34,510 nt of DNA, from contig KZ539068.1 in the NCBI GenBank assembly GCA_000934665.2, positions 1 through 34,510 on the forward strand, written 5' to 3'. Each line of letters begins with the position of its first letter. The stretch's first letter is position 1. The stretch comes from Catajapyx aquilonaris. Lineage: Eukaryota. The notes under the pieces were generated by a model. That model was not told where the DNA came from. It did no database searches and was given only the letters and a program-made list of their open reading frames with translations. A program made the position numbers and the translations under genes. This document shows positions 10,666 to 21,628 of the stretch, piece by piece.

Positions 10666-11061
10666 ATGGCGAAGCTGCTGGTGTATGGCGTTGTGCTGTC
10701 GGCCGTGGTGGTGGTGGTGATTTCGGGGCCGATTTCTGATGTTGCCCTGTGCACATCAAATCCTGTCTGCAAGGATGAGCCTAAGCCTCAGTGCGGGATA
10801 TCGACGGACAAATCGCCGTGCGGATCGGCACTCAGGAGGGGATGCAGACAGCTTGTTCGCGGGGAGGATTGCGAGGCTGCCTGTGAACTGCATGATTTTA
10901 GGCATGAAGTGTTGGCCAATGGCACACTCTTGGTCTGGATCCCATATGGATGTGTGCAGGCCCATGTCTATCTCAAATGGAGAAATGATACCAGTAAAGG
11001 ATACAACATCGAGACCACAAAATCGTATCAGAAGTGTCACAATGAGCACATATGCTGTGAG
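10666..11061 (+). CDS. IL-17-receptor-like (SEFIR) protein, exon 1: signal peptide and Cys-rich ectodomain
   Basis: gccATGg start, hydrophobic N-terminus LLVYGVVLSAVVVVVISG, N-glycosylation sequons NGT and NDT, donor GAG|gtgagc phase 0. Confidence 0.85.
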
Positions 11062-11299
11062 GTGAGCATTTGTAGGGTGTGTACCAGGTTGCATTCCTTG
11101 CTACATGTTTTGGTAAATGTGCAGATAAACTGACCAATATATGTAGCAAATCTATGCATTTTACTAGAACAAACCCTTATGTGACACTCACAACACTGTA
11201 TTAGGAGTACCAGGACCATTTTCATGGAGAAAAACCAACTGAAGTGGTACTTGGAAGTTGTTGAGTGTTTGTTGCTCTGAGGCAATCTCTGAATAGCAC

Positions 11300-12540
11300 C
11301 AGGGGCAGATCCGGGGGGGGGGGGGGGGGNNNNNNNNNNNNNNNNNNNNNNNNNNNNGGGGGGGTTCGTCCGCAAGGCCCGAGAGGGCAAAGTAATAAAA
11401 TAATAATAATGAAATTAATGGTGGGATAAAGGTCCCGCGGCGCTTATGGAGGTTGACATGTTAAATGTCATGCCTAATAACTCTGTAATTACTGAACAGA
11501 ATGACATGAAATTTTGACACAACACGACACGACAACAACCCTTGTCACGGCTATGTTGAGCGAAACCTGTTTTAGGGATTCAGTTAATTATGAAAACCAC
11601 AAAACTGAGAGGAATTTGAAGGCATGTGAGGAAATAATGTCCTGTGAAGAATAAGGACCAACTGAATCCCTAAAACAGGTTTCGCTCAACATTGCCGTGA
11701 CAAGGGTTGTTGTGTCGTGTTGTGTCAAAAATTTCATGTCATTCTGTTCAGTAATTACGGAGTTATTAGGCCCGACATTTAACATGTCAACCTCCATAAG
11801 CGCCGGGACCTTTATCCCACCCTTAATAGAATATTTTTTTATATAAGACAGATGAAGTGTGAAAAAACAGGGTTCCACGTTTAAATTCTACTGGGCGCAG
11901 CGTCGCGGAATTTTCTCGCAACTGTAGCCAAGGATTCAGACATCAACCAAGTATGATTAGTTCACTGTAGGTGTAGGAACATGGCAGACAAGACGACAAA
12001 GTGACCCACCAAGCTTGTATATCATGATCATGGTCTACATATGAAAGCCATCTGCGGTTTTTGTGTGTGGCTAGAACACGTGGTTGACAGCGCCAGGGTT
12101 TTTCCCCGCCCGTTGGCACAAACATTTTGCTTGCTTGTACCGGAAAAGTTTACAATTCCAATAATAATCGGGGAAGCCATATAATAATTAAATATGATTT
12201 GCTGCAGAGCAGTGTCTTTTGCGTGACCTGGGAGTCTCGGACCTGGTTCTGGCCAAATCCGTCCACAAACAAAGAATAGGCCTAAATCAGTGGCGTATGC
12301 AGGGGGGCCGAGCCCCCACCCGAAATGTTTGAAATAGCATTAGAAATTACTAATTTGTGAGTTTTTGGAAAAAGTGCTACCAATTTCATCAATACACACC
12401 CATTCAAATCTCCCATATTCACCCAAGCCCGTGTGACCTTAAACCCATTTATTTTTTTCCTGCGGGGGGCTTGCTCCCCGCCCTCTGCTTACAAGCCTGC
12501 TCTCCCCCTCTGCTCTGCTTACCCCCCCNGTCTGCCCCTG
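11300..12540. mobile_element. Composite non-autonomous hAT-like element; contains the assembly gap
   Basis: CAGGGGCAGA..poly-G and poly-C..TCTGCCCCTG ends; perfect 8-bp TSD aatagcac at 11292-11299 and 12541-12548. Confidence 0.75.
11419..11822. mobile_element. TTAA-flanked foldback MITE (Kolobok-like ends)
   Basis: ~165-bp inverted arms (11420-11585 and 11659-11822); TTAA on both sides. Confidence 0.8.
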
Positions 12541-13323
12541 AATAGCACTGGTAGCTGGTGGTGGAAATGGATCAACAGTATCATGCAATTCCCATGACAT
12601 TATTATGTATAGTTATTTAAGATTATCTAAAGTACTGGTATGGAGTGTCATTGTATTGACAGATTACTCTCATCTTGCATCACTATCAATCCGTGGCCTC
12701 CAAGTAAGGGGTGCCTGCATGATACAGTCCAAAACAGTGTCTTCTGAAACAGATTTTAATACCACTTCTGGCTTATTTTTTCTCCCTGAATATGGTTCTG
12801 GTTTGCACAACTGATGTTAGCAAAACTTGTGATGTATTACCCTGCACTCTGCAGCATGCTTGTATAAAATGAGATGTGTACCCTAGTCCCAGAGGAGCAA
12901 GTCTGATGTTATAAAGTGGGGTAACTTGAATGATTTCTTATTCCTTGTAAAAATGAGTAGATACTTGAATTTTAATCATTATTTAAAGACGACAAATGCA
13001 GTCCATGCTGTGGAGTGATAAAACTAATATGCAGGGTGTCAAATTGAAATGATATTATTGATTATCAAATTTTTGGTATCAGCTGGATATTTCCGCATGG
13101 TCTTTTTTTCGGCCACTGGCCGTTTTCGGGGTTTGAGCCTAACATATACACTCCAACTGGTTGCTTTATTTTGCAAGGGTATAGGTGCTCATTTAATCAA
13201 TTCAGTGCATTCTAGCTGCCTTTTGCCATTTTTTCCCAATTCAAGGTATATCTTAATAGGCCTACATGTCATGTTTCATTATTCTACTGCTAAGTTGTCA
13301 GTAATGAATTTATTTGTTACTAG

Positions 13324-13493
13324 GAGACTGCATTAGTCTTCGACTATATGTTCAATGGGACATATAAGTATGATGTCGAAGCAACAGATGACTGCATAAG
13401 TGGCCTGCGGGTGAAGAAAGGGGATGGCTTTCCAGTATCATCTGAGTATCAGCGGCAGCTGTTCGAACCGAAATTAGGAATTCAGACAGAACT
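13324..13493 (+). CDS. IL-17R-like exon 2 (ETALVFDYMFNGTYKYDVE...)
   Basis: ttgttactag| acceptor, |gtatgt donor; 170 nt open in phase 0-2. Confidence 0.8.
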
Positions 13494-13782
13494 GTATGTT
13501 TGTTTGCTCCCTTTTCATGTGCAATGAATTACAGAAGCAACTTGCTATCCTTATCAAAACAGAAATTACAGGTTTTTGGCTGCAGCCAATGATAGTAGAT
13601 GCAAATTATTATGTCCTTACATGAAGCAATATGATGCTTGGGTATTTGCTGTGGCAATGCCATATTTCTGCAATGTAGTCAAGTGGCTATGAATTGCCGT
13701 TGATTTCTCAAATGTGGTTGGCAGGTTAAAGTTAGTACACCATGTTGTGTGTCTGTACAGTACAAGCCTGAATATCTTACAG

Positions 13783-13909
13783 GACCAGGATTTCAATAAT
13801 CATAACACATTTGGAGTGGAAGGGGAAACCCAAGGACACCTTCTCGGTGGATCTATGCCGGACCAGTTCCAGTGATTGTTGTACCCAGTGCCATCCAGAG
13901 TGTCTCCTG
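13783..13909 (+). CDS. IL-17R-like exon 3 (TRISIIITHLEWKGKPKDTFSVDLC...)
   Basis: atcttacag| acceptor, CTG|gtaagt donor; 127 nt, phase 2-0. Confidence 0.78.
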
Positions 13910-13967
13910 GTAAGTTTGCATTCTGCCTTGATTATTATGTGATTAATTCACTTGTTTTTGGTGTCAG

Positions 13968-14115
13968 AATGAAGACAAGTGTCAATTTACCTTCCAAAAC
14001 GTGGAGCCTGGTGAATATAATGTGAAGTTGGCTATTACTGGAGATCCCTGCATTAAGGGTGAATTTTTGAGGGAAGGCCAGATTTGCTTCTTGACTAAAA
14101 AGACAACCATTTCAC
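13968..14115 (+). CDS. IL-17R-like exon 4 (CQFTFQNVEPGEYNVKL, FnIII-like)
   Basis: 58-nt upstream intron, ttggtgtcag| acceptor, C|gtaagt donor; 148 nt, phase 0-1. Confidence 0.82.
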
Positions 14116-14216
14116 GTAAGTGCTTCTCCTCACAAGGTAACTATTGGAAAAATAGCATGTGTGTCAAATTACACTGTACTCCAGATTATTATTATCTGGG
14201 TGCAGATTATATATCG

Positions 14217-14415
14217 GTTAGGATCAAACCCCGAAAACGGCCACTGGGTGAAAAAAAAAAGTCCATACTGCAGAATGCTCCATGTCAAACCGTCCATTCT
14301 GCAGAATGCTCCTTGTCCAACCATCAATTCTGCGGAATGGATGGTTTGGCATAGAGCATTCTGCAGTATTGACGTTTTTTTCACCCAATGGCTGTTTTCG
14401 GGGTTTGAGCCTAAC
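14217..14415. mobile_element. ~200-bp palindromic MITE
   Basis: gttagg.tcaaaccccgaaaac inverted arms of ~70 bp; a solo copy of the right end lies at ~13115-13143. Confidence 0.8.
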
Positions 14416-14783
14416 ATATCCATGTTGCAGACTATTCATGCATCGCCAAAAAAATGTTAGAAATCAAAGTCAAAAAGAATATCAATGTCTCACAAACTAA
14501 AAATTTATCTGATTTTTTTCCAGAAGACAAACCAGGAATCTATGGTAATTTTTATTATTTAATGAAACCTTATATAATGTAGCAGGATGTACTATGACCA
14601 GCAAAAAGATTGGCATACCTTCTTTTGTTTTTCTGTGTTTATGTGTTGGTTATCCTGGCGCTGCCAGGTAACCGTGGTTGTTTATTTTGCGAAATTTCGG
14701 AATCCACAACACCTTGATCACCGGTCACGGTTGCGGTCCCATGGCCGCACGGTCCGGGTCTCCGGAGGCGGGCGGGGCGGGGG

Positions 14784-15687
14784 CAACAACAGTAGAGTAT
14801 AAGAGAACGGACCACTAGACGGGGAAACTGTGACCGACCTGGACCGACCGGTTTAGTTCGGATAGGAGCTGCCGCGGCGCTGGCGTCGCATAAAACAAAG
14901 GACGGGGCAGGGCCGCAGGGGGGGAGTAGTGACGTCATTACCGTAGTTACCTTGCTCAATACGGTAATTTTTATTTATAAATGGGGGGTTTCTTGTTCCT
15001 TTTATATTAATAGATCCCAACAATTTATTCATAAAAACAACACCAGGTTTTCCATTTTCCTTTCATCCATATCGATAAAATGACAAATATGACAAAATGA
15101 CAGCTGTTGGCATTTCTTCTTGGTATTGCAGCCCGGTACAACGCAAGACATTCCTTTGATGCCTAAACCGCTACAAAAGCAACGGCGTCTGCATATAGAA
15201 AGATAGACTGATGATTCGGCACCGTGGATTCAGTAAAAGCACCGACCGGTAGCCGACCGATGTGACCGGAATCTTGCCGGAAATCGGAATAGTTCTTAAA
15301 AGCTCCGGTCCGTCGACCTTTAGCGTACCGGTTGCAGTTCGAACAATGTTCGAATGGTTCAAACATGTTCCTGGAATCTTGGTTCAAATATGGTTCGCGT
15401 CCCGCCAGTCCTTGGGCCAGTCCAAGCACTGGTTATGATTGGTATCGTAGTAATAAAAACCACACCCAGTTTGAAGTATACATTAACAACAGGTAAACAT
15501 TATACACATTAATATTTTCAAACATTTTAATTTTAATTTTATTATGTCGACGACAGCGCTGCGTCCGCTCCCATCGGAAGCTCTATTGCTCTATGCTCCT
15601 TCCCGGGCCACTTCAAGGGCCCCGGCAAAAGTTGTCAATAGGGAATTCACATTGAGTGGGCTGTTCTCTTATACTCTACTGTTGTTG
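14784..15687 (-). mobile_element. P-element-superfamily MITE with a THAP N-terminal relic
   Basis: Perfect 25-bp TIR CAACAACAGTAGAGTATAAGAGAAC; 7-bp TSD gcggggg, with the empty site in the opposite arm; MSCVVPGCNTKKK..LSF on the minus strand from 15151. Confidence 0.75.
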
Positions 15688-16180
15688 GCGGGGGTGGGAG
15701 GTGCGTTGCGTTGTCTGGTGAGGGTGAAACGGTGTTTATTTGGGGGTGATGGGGGGAAGTGAAAGGCGGATGAGGCAGTGGCCACGACCCGGGCAACACT
15801 CCCCCGAGGCGTCGAGGCAAAACTATATAAATAATGCACTTTTTCCAACTTTTCAGGGGGGAAAAATATTTTCGTTTGATCTGCTGCCATCCCGGTTCAA
15901 GTGACCCTACCAACCACCAAAATATACGTTCCTATAATGAATTTTTTCTCCTCTTTCTAGTACACTACGCCAATTGTCTCGAATTGCAACAGGAAACGTG
16001 TTGGGCAGTGGTTTTTTTTGTGTTTGTCCGGTCGGGAACACGTACGAATCGTACGATCATCGCGGCTTGAAATATTATTATACCGAATGTCGGCATAGAA
16101 AAAATATAGCGTGAAACAGCGAGGGGGAAATACTGTCGGAGTGTCGGGTGCGCAAGGAGGGAGCACATACGCAAAAACCA

Positions 16181-16530
16181 GGGAGACGGAGTGGCGCCGT
16201 GGTAACGCGTGCGCCCACGGAAGTTAAGGTCCCGGGTTCAATCCCCACCCGGGGTCCCACCTTCTTTCGTGCAGAGTGAGACCGTCTCTGGCTTCGTTTC
16301 GGGTGGCGATCCTTGCACATAAGCCACCCGGGGGAGTTCACAAAACGGCAAATACAACGTCTGTGCACACGCACTTTGCACATCCCCTCCTACCTACCCT
16401 TGGAACACACTAAGTACTATCACACAGTACACCAGTTCCACCCAAATGGTGGTAATTCCACCCCCCTAATGGAAATTAACTCCCAACGGGGTACAATAAA
16501 AAAAATAAAAAATAATAATAAAAAAAAAAA
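16181..16530 (+). mobile_element. tRNA-derived SINE
   Basis: A box TGGCGCCGTGG, B box GGTTCAATCC (16235), A-rich tail, 18-bp TSD gca.atacgcaaaaacca. Confidence 0.9.
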
Positions 16531-17167
16531 GCATATACGCAAAAACCAATGTCTAGTATTTAAAAACACACACACACACACTAGCGACTAGCCTATCACC
16601 AGATATGTGCACGGCTTTCGCTAACATGGCATCACACGTGCTTCATATATTGCAAAACCCAAAAAAAAGTGCTTCATGTGGACATCCATCGGGCAACAAG
16701 GTATCGTCCACGTCTGACCAAATGGATAATATAGTAATAGCAAGAGCTCTTGGTAATAGTTAGGGAGAAGTGATCCCCACTGATTACAAATCCTTAATTA
16801 ACTCATACGTCACTTGCTTTATCTAAGCAAACAACCCATGGTTACCCTTTGAAATTTCCATTGGCAGTATCTTGACCAGTGCTCCAATTTCTCCTTTTTG
16901 GTCGTTCGCGATAGATAGCGGTGTCGCAAGTCTTACTTACACCGCTTACACCCGTTCAGTCGCTGAGCGAGAAATGAACTAGCCTACTGAATTTGCCAAT
17001 TTTCACATTTGCATGTAGTGCTATCAGAACTTTAAAATTCTGCCCAACTTCAGGCGGACGCGATTATATAACTGCGATAGGCACGTAGAACATTACAGAA
17101 TATGCTCCATTTAATTTACGAAGCCAAACAAGCACTTTCATTGTATTTTTCTGGTGCAATCTACAAC

Positions 17168-17504
17168 GCGGGCCCCGATTTCTCCGACGGGACCTTTCCC
17201 TTTGGGGCTCGACGGAGGCCTGGGTGACCAGGCGGAAGTCGAGAGGCCTGTCGGACGGGATTGGGGCGAGCTCCGGACCTTACGGGTTCGGGACTCGATC
17301 GTGGGACGGGCGGCTCCTCTGGGTGTCGTCCCGATGGTCAAGTCTCGACCCTATGACGGCTTGGGTTCGATTCGGAAGCGAACGGGTGGTCCGCCCCTGG
17401 CGGACCACGATGAAAGGGACTTAGAGTGATGATATAGGCCCTATGTGGGGCCCGTAGTTTAAGGACCTACATGGTCTGGAATAACCCCGTTAATATCTGA
17501 CTAA
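17168..17504 (+). mobile_element. 337-bp GC-rich, highly structured retroposed insert of unknown type
   Basis: Perfect 15-bp direct repeat ggtgcaatctacaac at 17153-17167 and 17505-17519; many hairpins with G-U pairs on the plus strand. Confidence 0.7.
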
Positions 17505-18053
17505 GGTGCAATCTACAACCGTATTAGTGTTAGTCCCATGCCTGAATAACTTCTTCAGGACGATTTCCCAATATGCCTTTGTGCAAGGGGTGGTATTTTC
17601 AGAAACCTGGTCTATTATAGTCAGGAGATGATTGGAGTGAATTAATAAGTGCGGAATTCCGTTGGCGGGGGCGAGGGCCTGGTGACGTCATCATCAGAAT
17701 TTTCAATAATTTATATCTCTAGATTGGCTGCAGCTAGAGAGGAACTGTTTTCGACACAAACCGGGACAAACGAAGCACTAACGAACGGCGCCTCCAAAAT
17801 AATTGCGAAATTCAGTTGGTGGGGGGGCTGGCCCAAAAATTTGAAAAATTAATATAATGCCCCCTCCTTGCGCACCCGACACCCCGACAGTATTTCCCCC
17901 TCGCTGTTTCACACTATTTTTATTCTAAGCCGACATTCGGTATAATAATATTTCAAGCCGCGATGATCGTACGATTCGTACGTGTTCCCAACCGGACAAG
18001 CACAAAAAAAACAACTGCCCAACACGTTTCCTGTTGCAATTCGAGACAATTGG

Positions 18054-18324
18054 TTGGTTTAGTTGGTTTATTCGGAAGAAGCCAAAGCAACTATGGCTAT
18101 CTGGCTGTAAGAAGAAGCAAAGGTGGGACAGATGGAGAGAGAAACGAAGAGGAAAAAGAAGAGAGGAAAGACTGGCATCTCTCTTAGTCTGTCTCCTATC
18201 CCAAAGACCTGTCCGGCTTGGGTGGCCCTACCAGTAGACGAAGCTACCGCCGGCATAGCTCTTGGGATCACGGGAGAAACGCAAACCCCACCACCACGAT
18301 AAGGTGGAGATACCATCGGGGGGT
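18054..18324 (-). mobile_element. 271-bp SINE-like insert with an RTE/BovB/Expander-type 5' leader
   Basis: 11-bp TSD gagacaattgg, single-copy in the other TIR arm. Leader motifs ccaccttatcgtggtgg, gagctatgccg, gtagggccacccaag.cggacaggtc, agactaa; AATAAA plus a short repeat tail. Confidence 0.8.
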
Positions 18325-19285
18325 GAGACAATTGGCATAGAGTACTAGAAAGAGGAGAAAAAATTCATTATAGGAACACATATTTTGGTGGTTGGTAGGG
18401 TCACTTGAACCGGGATGGCAGCAGATCAAACGAAAATATTTTTTCCCCCTGAAAAGTTGGAAAAAGTGCATTATTTATATAGTTTTGCCTCGACGCCTCG
18501 GGGGAGTGTTGCCCGGGTCGTGGCCACTGCCTCATCCGCCTTTCACTTCCCCCCATCACCCCCAAATAAACACCGTTTCACCCTCACCAGACAACGTAAC
18601 GCACCTCCCACCCCCGCCCCGCCCGCCTCCCGAGACCCGGACCGTGCGGCCATGGGACCGCGACCGTGACCGGTGATCACGGTGTTGTGGATTCCGAAAT
18701 ATCGCAAAATAAACAACCATGGTTACCTGGCAGCGCCAGGATAGCCAACACATAAACACAGAAAAACAAAAGAAGGTATGCCAATCTTTTTGCTGGTCAT
18801 AGTACAGTGTCAGCAGTATATAAAAAAAACCTCTGAATAGCTCATTTTAGAGTTAAGGACCATTTTCGAATTATCTGTGTTTTCCACTTAGGCTATATGG
18901 GCACACCTGGCATTCATTAGCACAGATAATTGGGAATACAGTGTACATGTAAACATTTAGGGGACCTCCCCCATGTAAGGCTTGAAGCCTACCAGGGTTA
19001 AATAAACTAAACTACATGAATTTTCTGAAGTTCCCAGTTTGAACTGAAAGGAATAATCATTGAAAGTACATGGTGTTTAACCTCTTTAAAATACTGACCT
19101 TTATGCAGCTTTCTACACATATAATTTATATTGCATTACCCTTACTCTGCAATCTACAGCTTGCTGGTATAAAATGAGGTCAACCAAGGGGGAACTGGCC
19201 AGCTGGTATAAGGCGTGGTAATTTTCATGTGATTTTCTCCTTGCCTTAAAAATTTCTGGTATTCCCAATAAAATAAATGGAAATA

Positions 19286-20080
19286 CAGGTCAAATCTCGT
19301 TTAGCGAATACCAATACAATGAAATCTCAATAGAACGCAAAAAAATTTTAACTTTGGTTGGCCAGTCGTAAAAGCAATATATTTGTAATCTCGTTATTAC
19401 GAAATGCGTTACTATGAAATTTTCAGTACAACAAATACTACAGGTGGTTCCCCGGCTAGTATTGAACCTGATATAACGAAATATGCACTAGTGCAATGCT
19501 CCGCCACACATGCTCCAGGACTAGCAATAAGCGAGTGCACCGTAAACGTCAAGCAAACCATTGACATAATCGCTGAAGCTTGGTCGTGCGTAACACCGTC
19601 CACAATCATGAAATGTTGGAGTAAAAGTTGCATCATAGGGTCAGCAGTGGGGAGGTTCGGGGAGCGACCAGGATGCCAAAGACTCAGATGACCCTGATGA
19701 CCTGTCTGTGTGGAGGTCCGTTGCTGAAAGCACCGGCATGCCGGATGAAGTTACCTTCCACGATTTTGTAGGTGCAGATGACGATCTACAATGGGGCTCA
19801 AATTGTTTTGGCCACTTTATCCTGGTCTTGAAGCAACCCTTCACACACACACACATACTTCCTCACCGTGGGGCCTGTGAGAAGGGTTGCTTCAAGACCA
19901 GGATAAAGTGGCCAAAACAATGTGAGCCCCATAGTACAAGTGTGCCAGGAGTTGACAGATTCGGACATACTTGGGGGGGAAATAAAAATAACTGATCTCG
20001 ATGTAACAAAATTTCCTTATTACAAAAAGTTAAAACATTTGCTCGGTCCCGCCGGTTTCGTTGTAATGGGATTTTACCTG
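19286..20080 (+). mobile_element. Deleted Tigger/pogo element
   Basis: TA-flanked CAGGT.AAATC.C.TT...CGAA TIRs; IAEAWSCVTPSTIMKCW and VTFHDFVGADDDL remnants. Confidence 0.82.
19789..19934. mobile_element. 146-bp palindromic MITE nested in the Tigger element
   Basis: ~58-bp arms with TA duplication; removing it restores DDDLQVCQELTDSDIL. Confidence 0.85.
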
Positions 20081-21628
20081 TATTATCAAAATAATGTTAA
20101 AACTATTTTATGGGGATACCAATTCGAGGTTTAAGGATTAAATCCATGGCACCAGTAAACATTTTCTTTTTATTCTGGTGTGGTTCACTGACCGGCACAT
20201 TATGGTATATTCATATTGTATACTCGCTTGTCAGTAGGCCTACATTATGAGGACCACTAAAACCAAGACAGTTGCAGTATGTGTTTTTCAACAAATCTTT
20301 CCTGCTGGCTTAGGGACATCAATGATAGTTTTTCTCTAGCTGGGCTGCCCCTGTGTTAATTCAAAGGGCAGGAGAGGTTGAAAACTGCACTGCCAATGTA
20401 CCATAGCACTCCTGCCACCATGTTGACTGCTTAGTCCTCGGACAATGAGTGGAGGGGAGGGAGCATTTTATTGTAAAATTTGGCAAGGTATTTTCAGAAG
20501 CTATTCTTGACTGGTGATGCTGATGGGGGAAGAGTATGTAAAACTCTGGCATGTTCTCCTTCATTTTGTGACTCAGAAACATTGCGACCTTTTCGCAGGT
20601 AAAATAGTGATAAAACCCCCTCTACATTGGCAGATTCCCCTTATACTAGCATGCCGCTATAGCCACCAGATGTGTGCTGTCTGAAATCTGGTCAACCCTG
20701 TTTTTACTGGTATGCTGCACATTGCAGGGTAATATGGTATTAATAGGACCAGAACAATGGTGTGATAGGACATACTGTATGCACCTAATGATGTAATTAT
20801 CAGGGGTTATGTTGAGTGTTATGTACAGGGTGTTGTTCATCATGTCATCTTAGAAATATATATCCGTGCAAATCCTGTGTACATTCCGGAGTTGGCTATT
20901 TGGTTGAAATGTGAGGTGGCTTCCATGTGTGGTGCATGGAATTTGAGTAACCATTCCTGCAGGATTGCCAACTTGGGGCTGGTACGCTCAGGTCAAAAAT
21001 TCAATTACTGCTGATGCCACTTTTTATCTCTGGGTGTGGCCATATGTTGCCTCCAATCCCAGCCTGTTTCCCTATTCACTCCTAGGGGGCTACAGGATTG
21101 GTGATGATATCAAAAAATCGTAATTGACTGCATATTTTATGCTCATGTTAATACTAAATCTGAACACATTTTAAATCAGGGATTTTTTTTCTGATTTTTG
21201 GAGCCCAACTTGTCAAATGATGTAACCCTTCCTATAGGATTTAAAACAGGGTGTTGGGGTTGGCAGTGACAGATTTCAAAATTTTGACCTTCACAAAAGT
21301 TTTAAAATGCATTTCTTGACATTTTTCACCCAACTAGAGTAGAAATTTTGTACCCAGTTTTCCTTGTGTGAGTTGTGAGAAATGACTATTTCGCTGGGTC
21401 AAATGAGTGCTGCTTAAAAAATTGGTGTTCTCATCGACTCTTGATGCCAAGTGTTTCAATGGGCCCTTCCCACTTGGAAATTCATTGTTATTCAGATCTT
21501 GGGAAGATATTTCAGTTTGGCCTAATATTATCAGCTAATACCAGTACCTTTGATAACTATTGAAAGTAACTACCCCAAAGTAACTGCTTAAAAATAAATC
21601 ACAGTGCCAAAAAATTGCTACTACTTAC

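Larger units (their letters stand above)
14592..18802. mobile_element. 4.2-kb TA-flanked element with ~670-bp TIRs (Tc1/mariner-like target), carrying nested insertions
   Basis: TA|CTATGACCAGC...GCTGGTCATAG|TA. Left arm 14592-14783 plus 15695-16161 is the inverse of right arm ~17861-18053 plus 18336-18802. Confidence 0.88.

Noticed and set aside
11312..11364. Poly-G tract as a G-quadruplex element
   Set aside because: It flanks an N gap, so its length is unreliable, and it is part of a MITE end.
13761..13875. Upstream acceptor for receptor exon 3 (gtctgtacag|)
   Set aside because: In the required phase it hits a TGA; the acceptor at 13782 keeps the frame open.
15368..15376. STAT-like TTCCTGGAA and nearby nGAAn repeats as an immune or heat-shock enhancer
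   Set aside because: A single short motif inside a transposon is expected by chance.
16181..16255. tRNA genes (also 28038-28112 and 22730-22797)
   Set aside because: A/B boxes are present, but each is followed by a SINE body and A-rich tail, two have long TSDs, and I found no convincing cloverleaf.
15647..18676. Duplicated ORFs on opposite strands (MVGSLEPG.., MAADQTK..) as paralogous genes
   Set aside because: They arise from the long TIRs and show no protein motifs.
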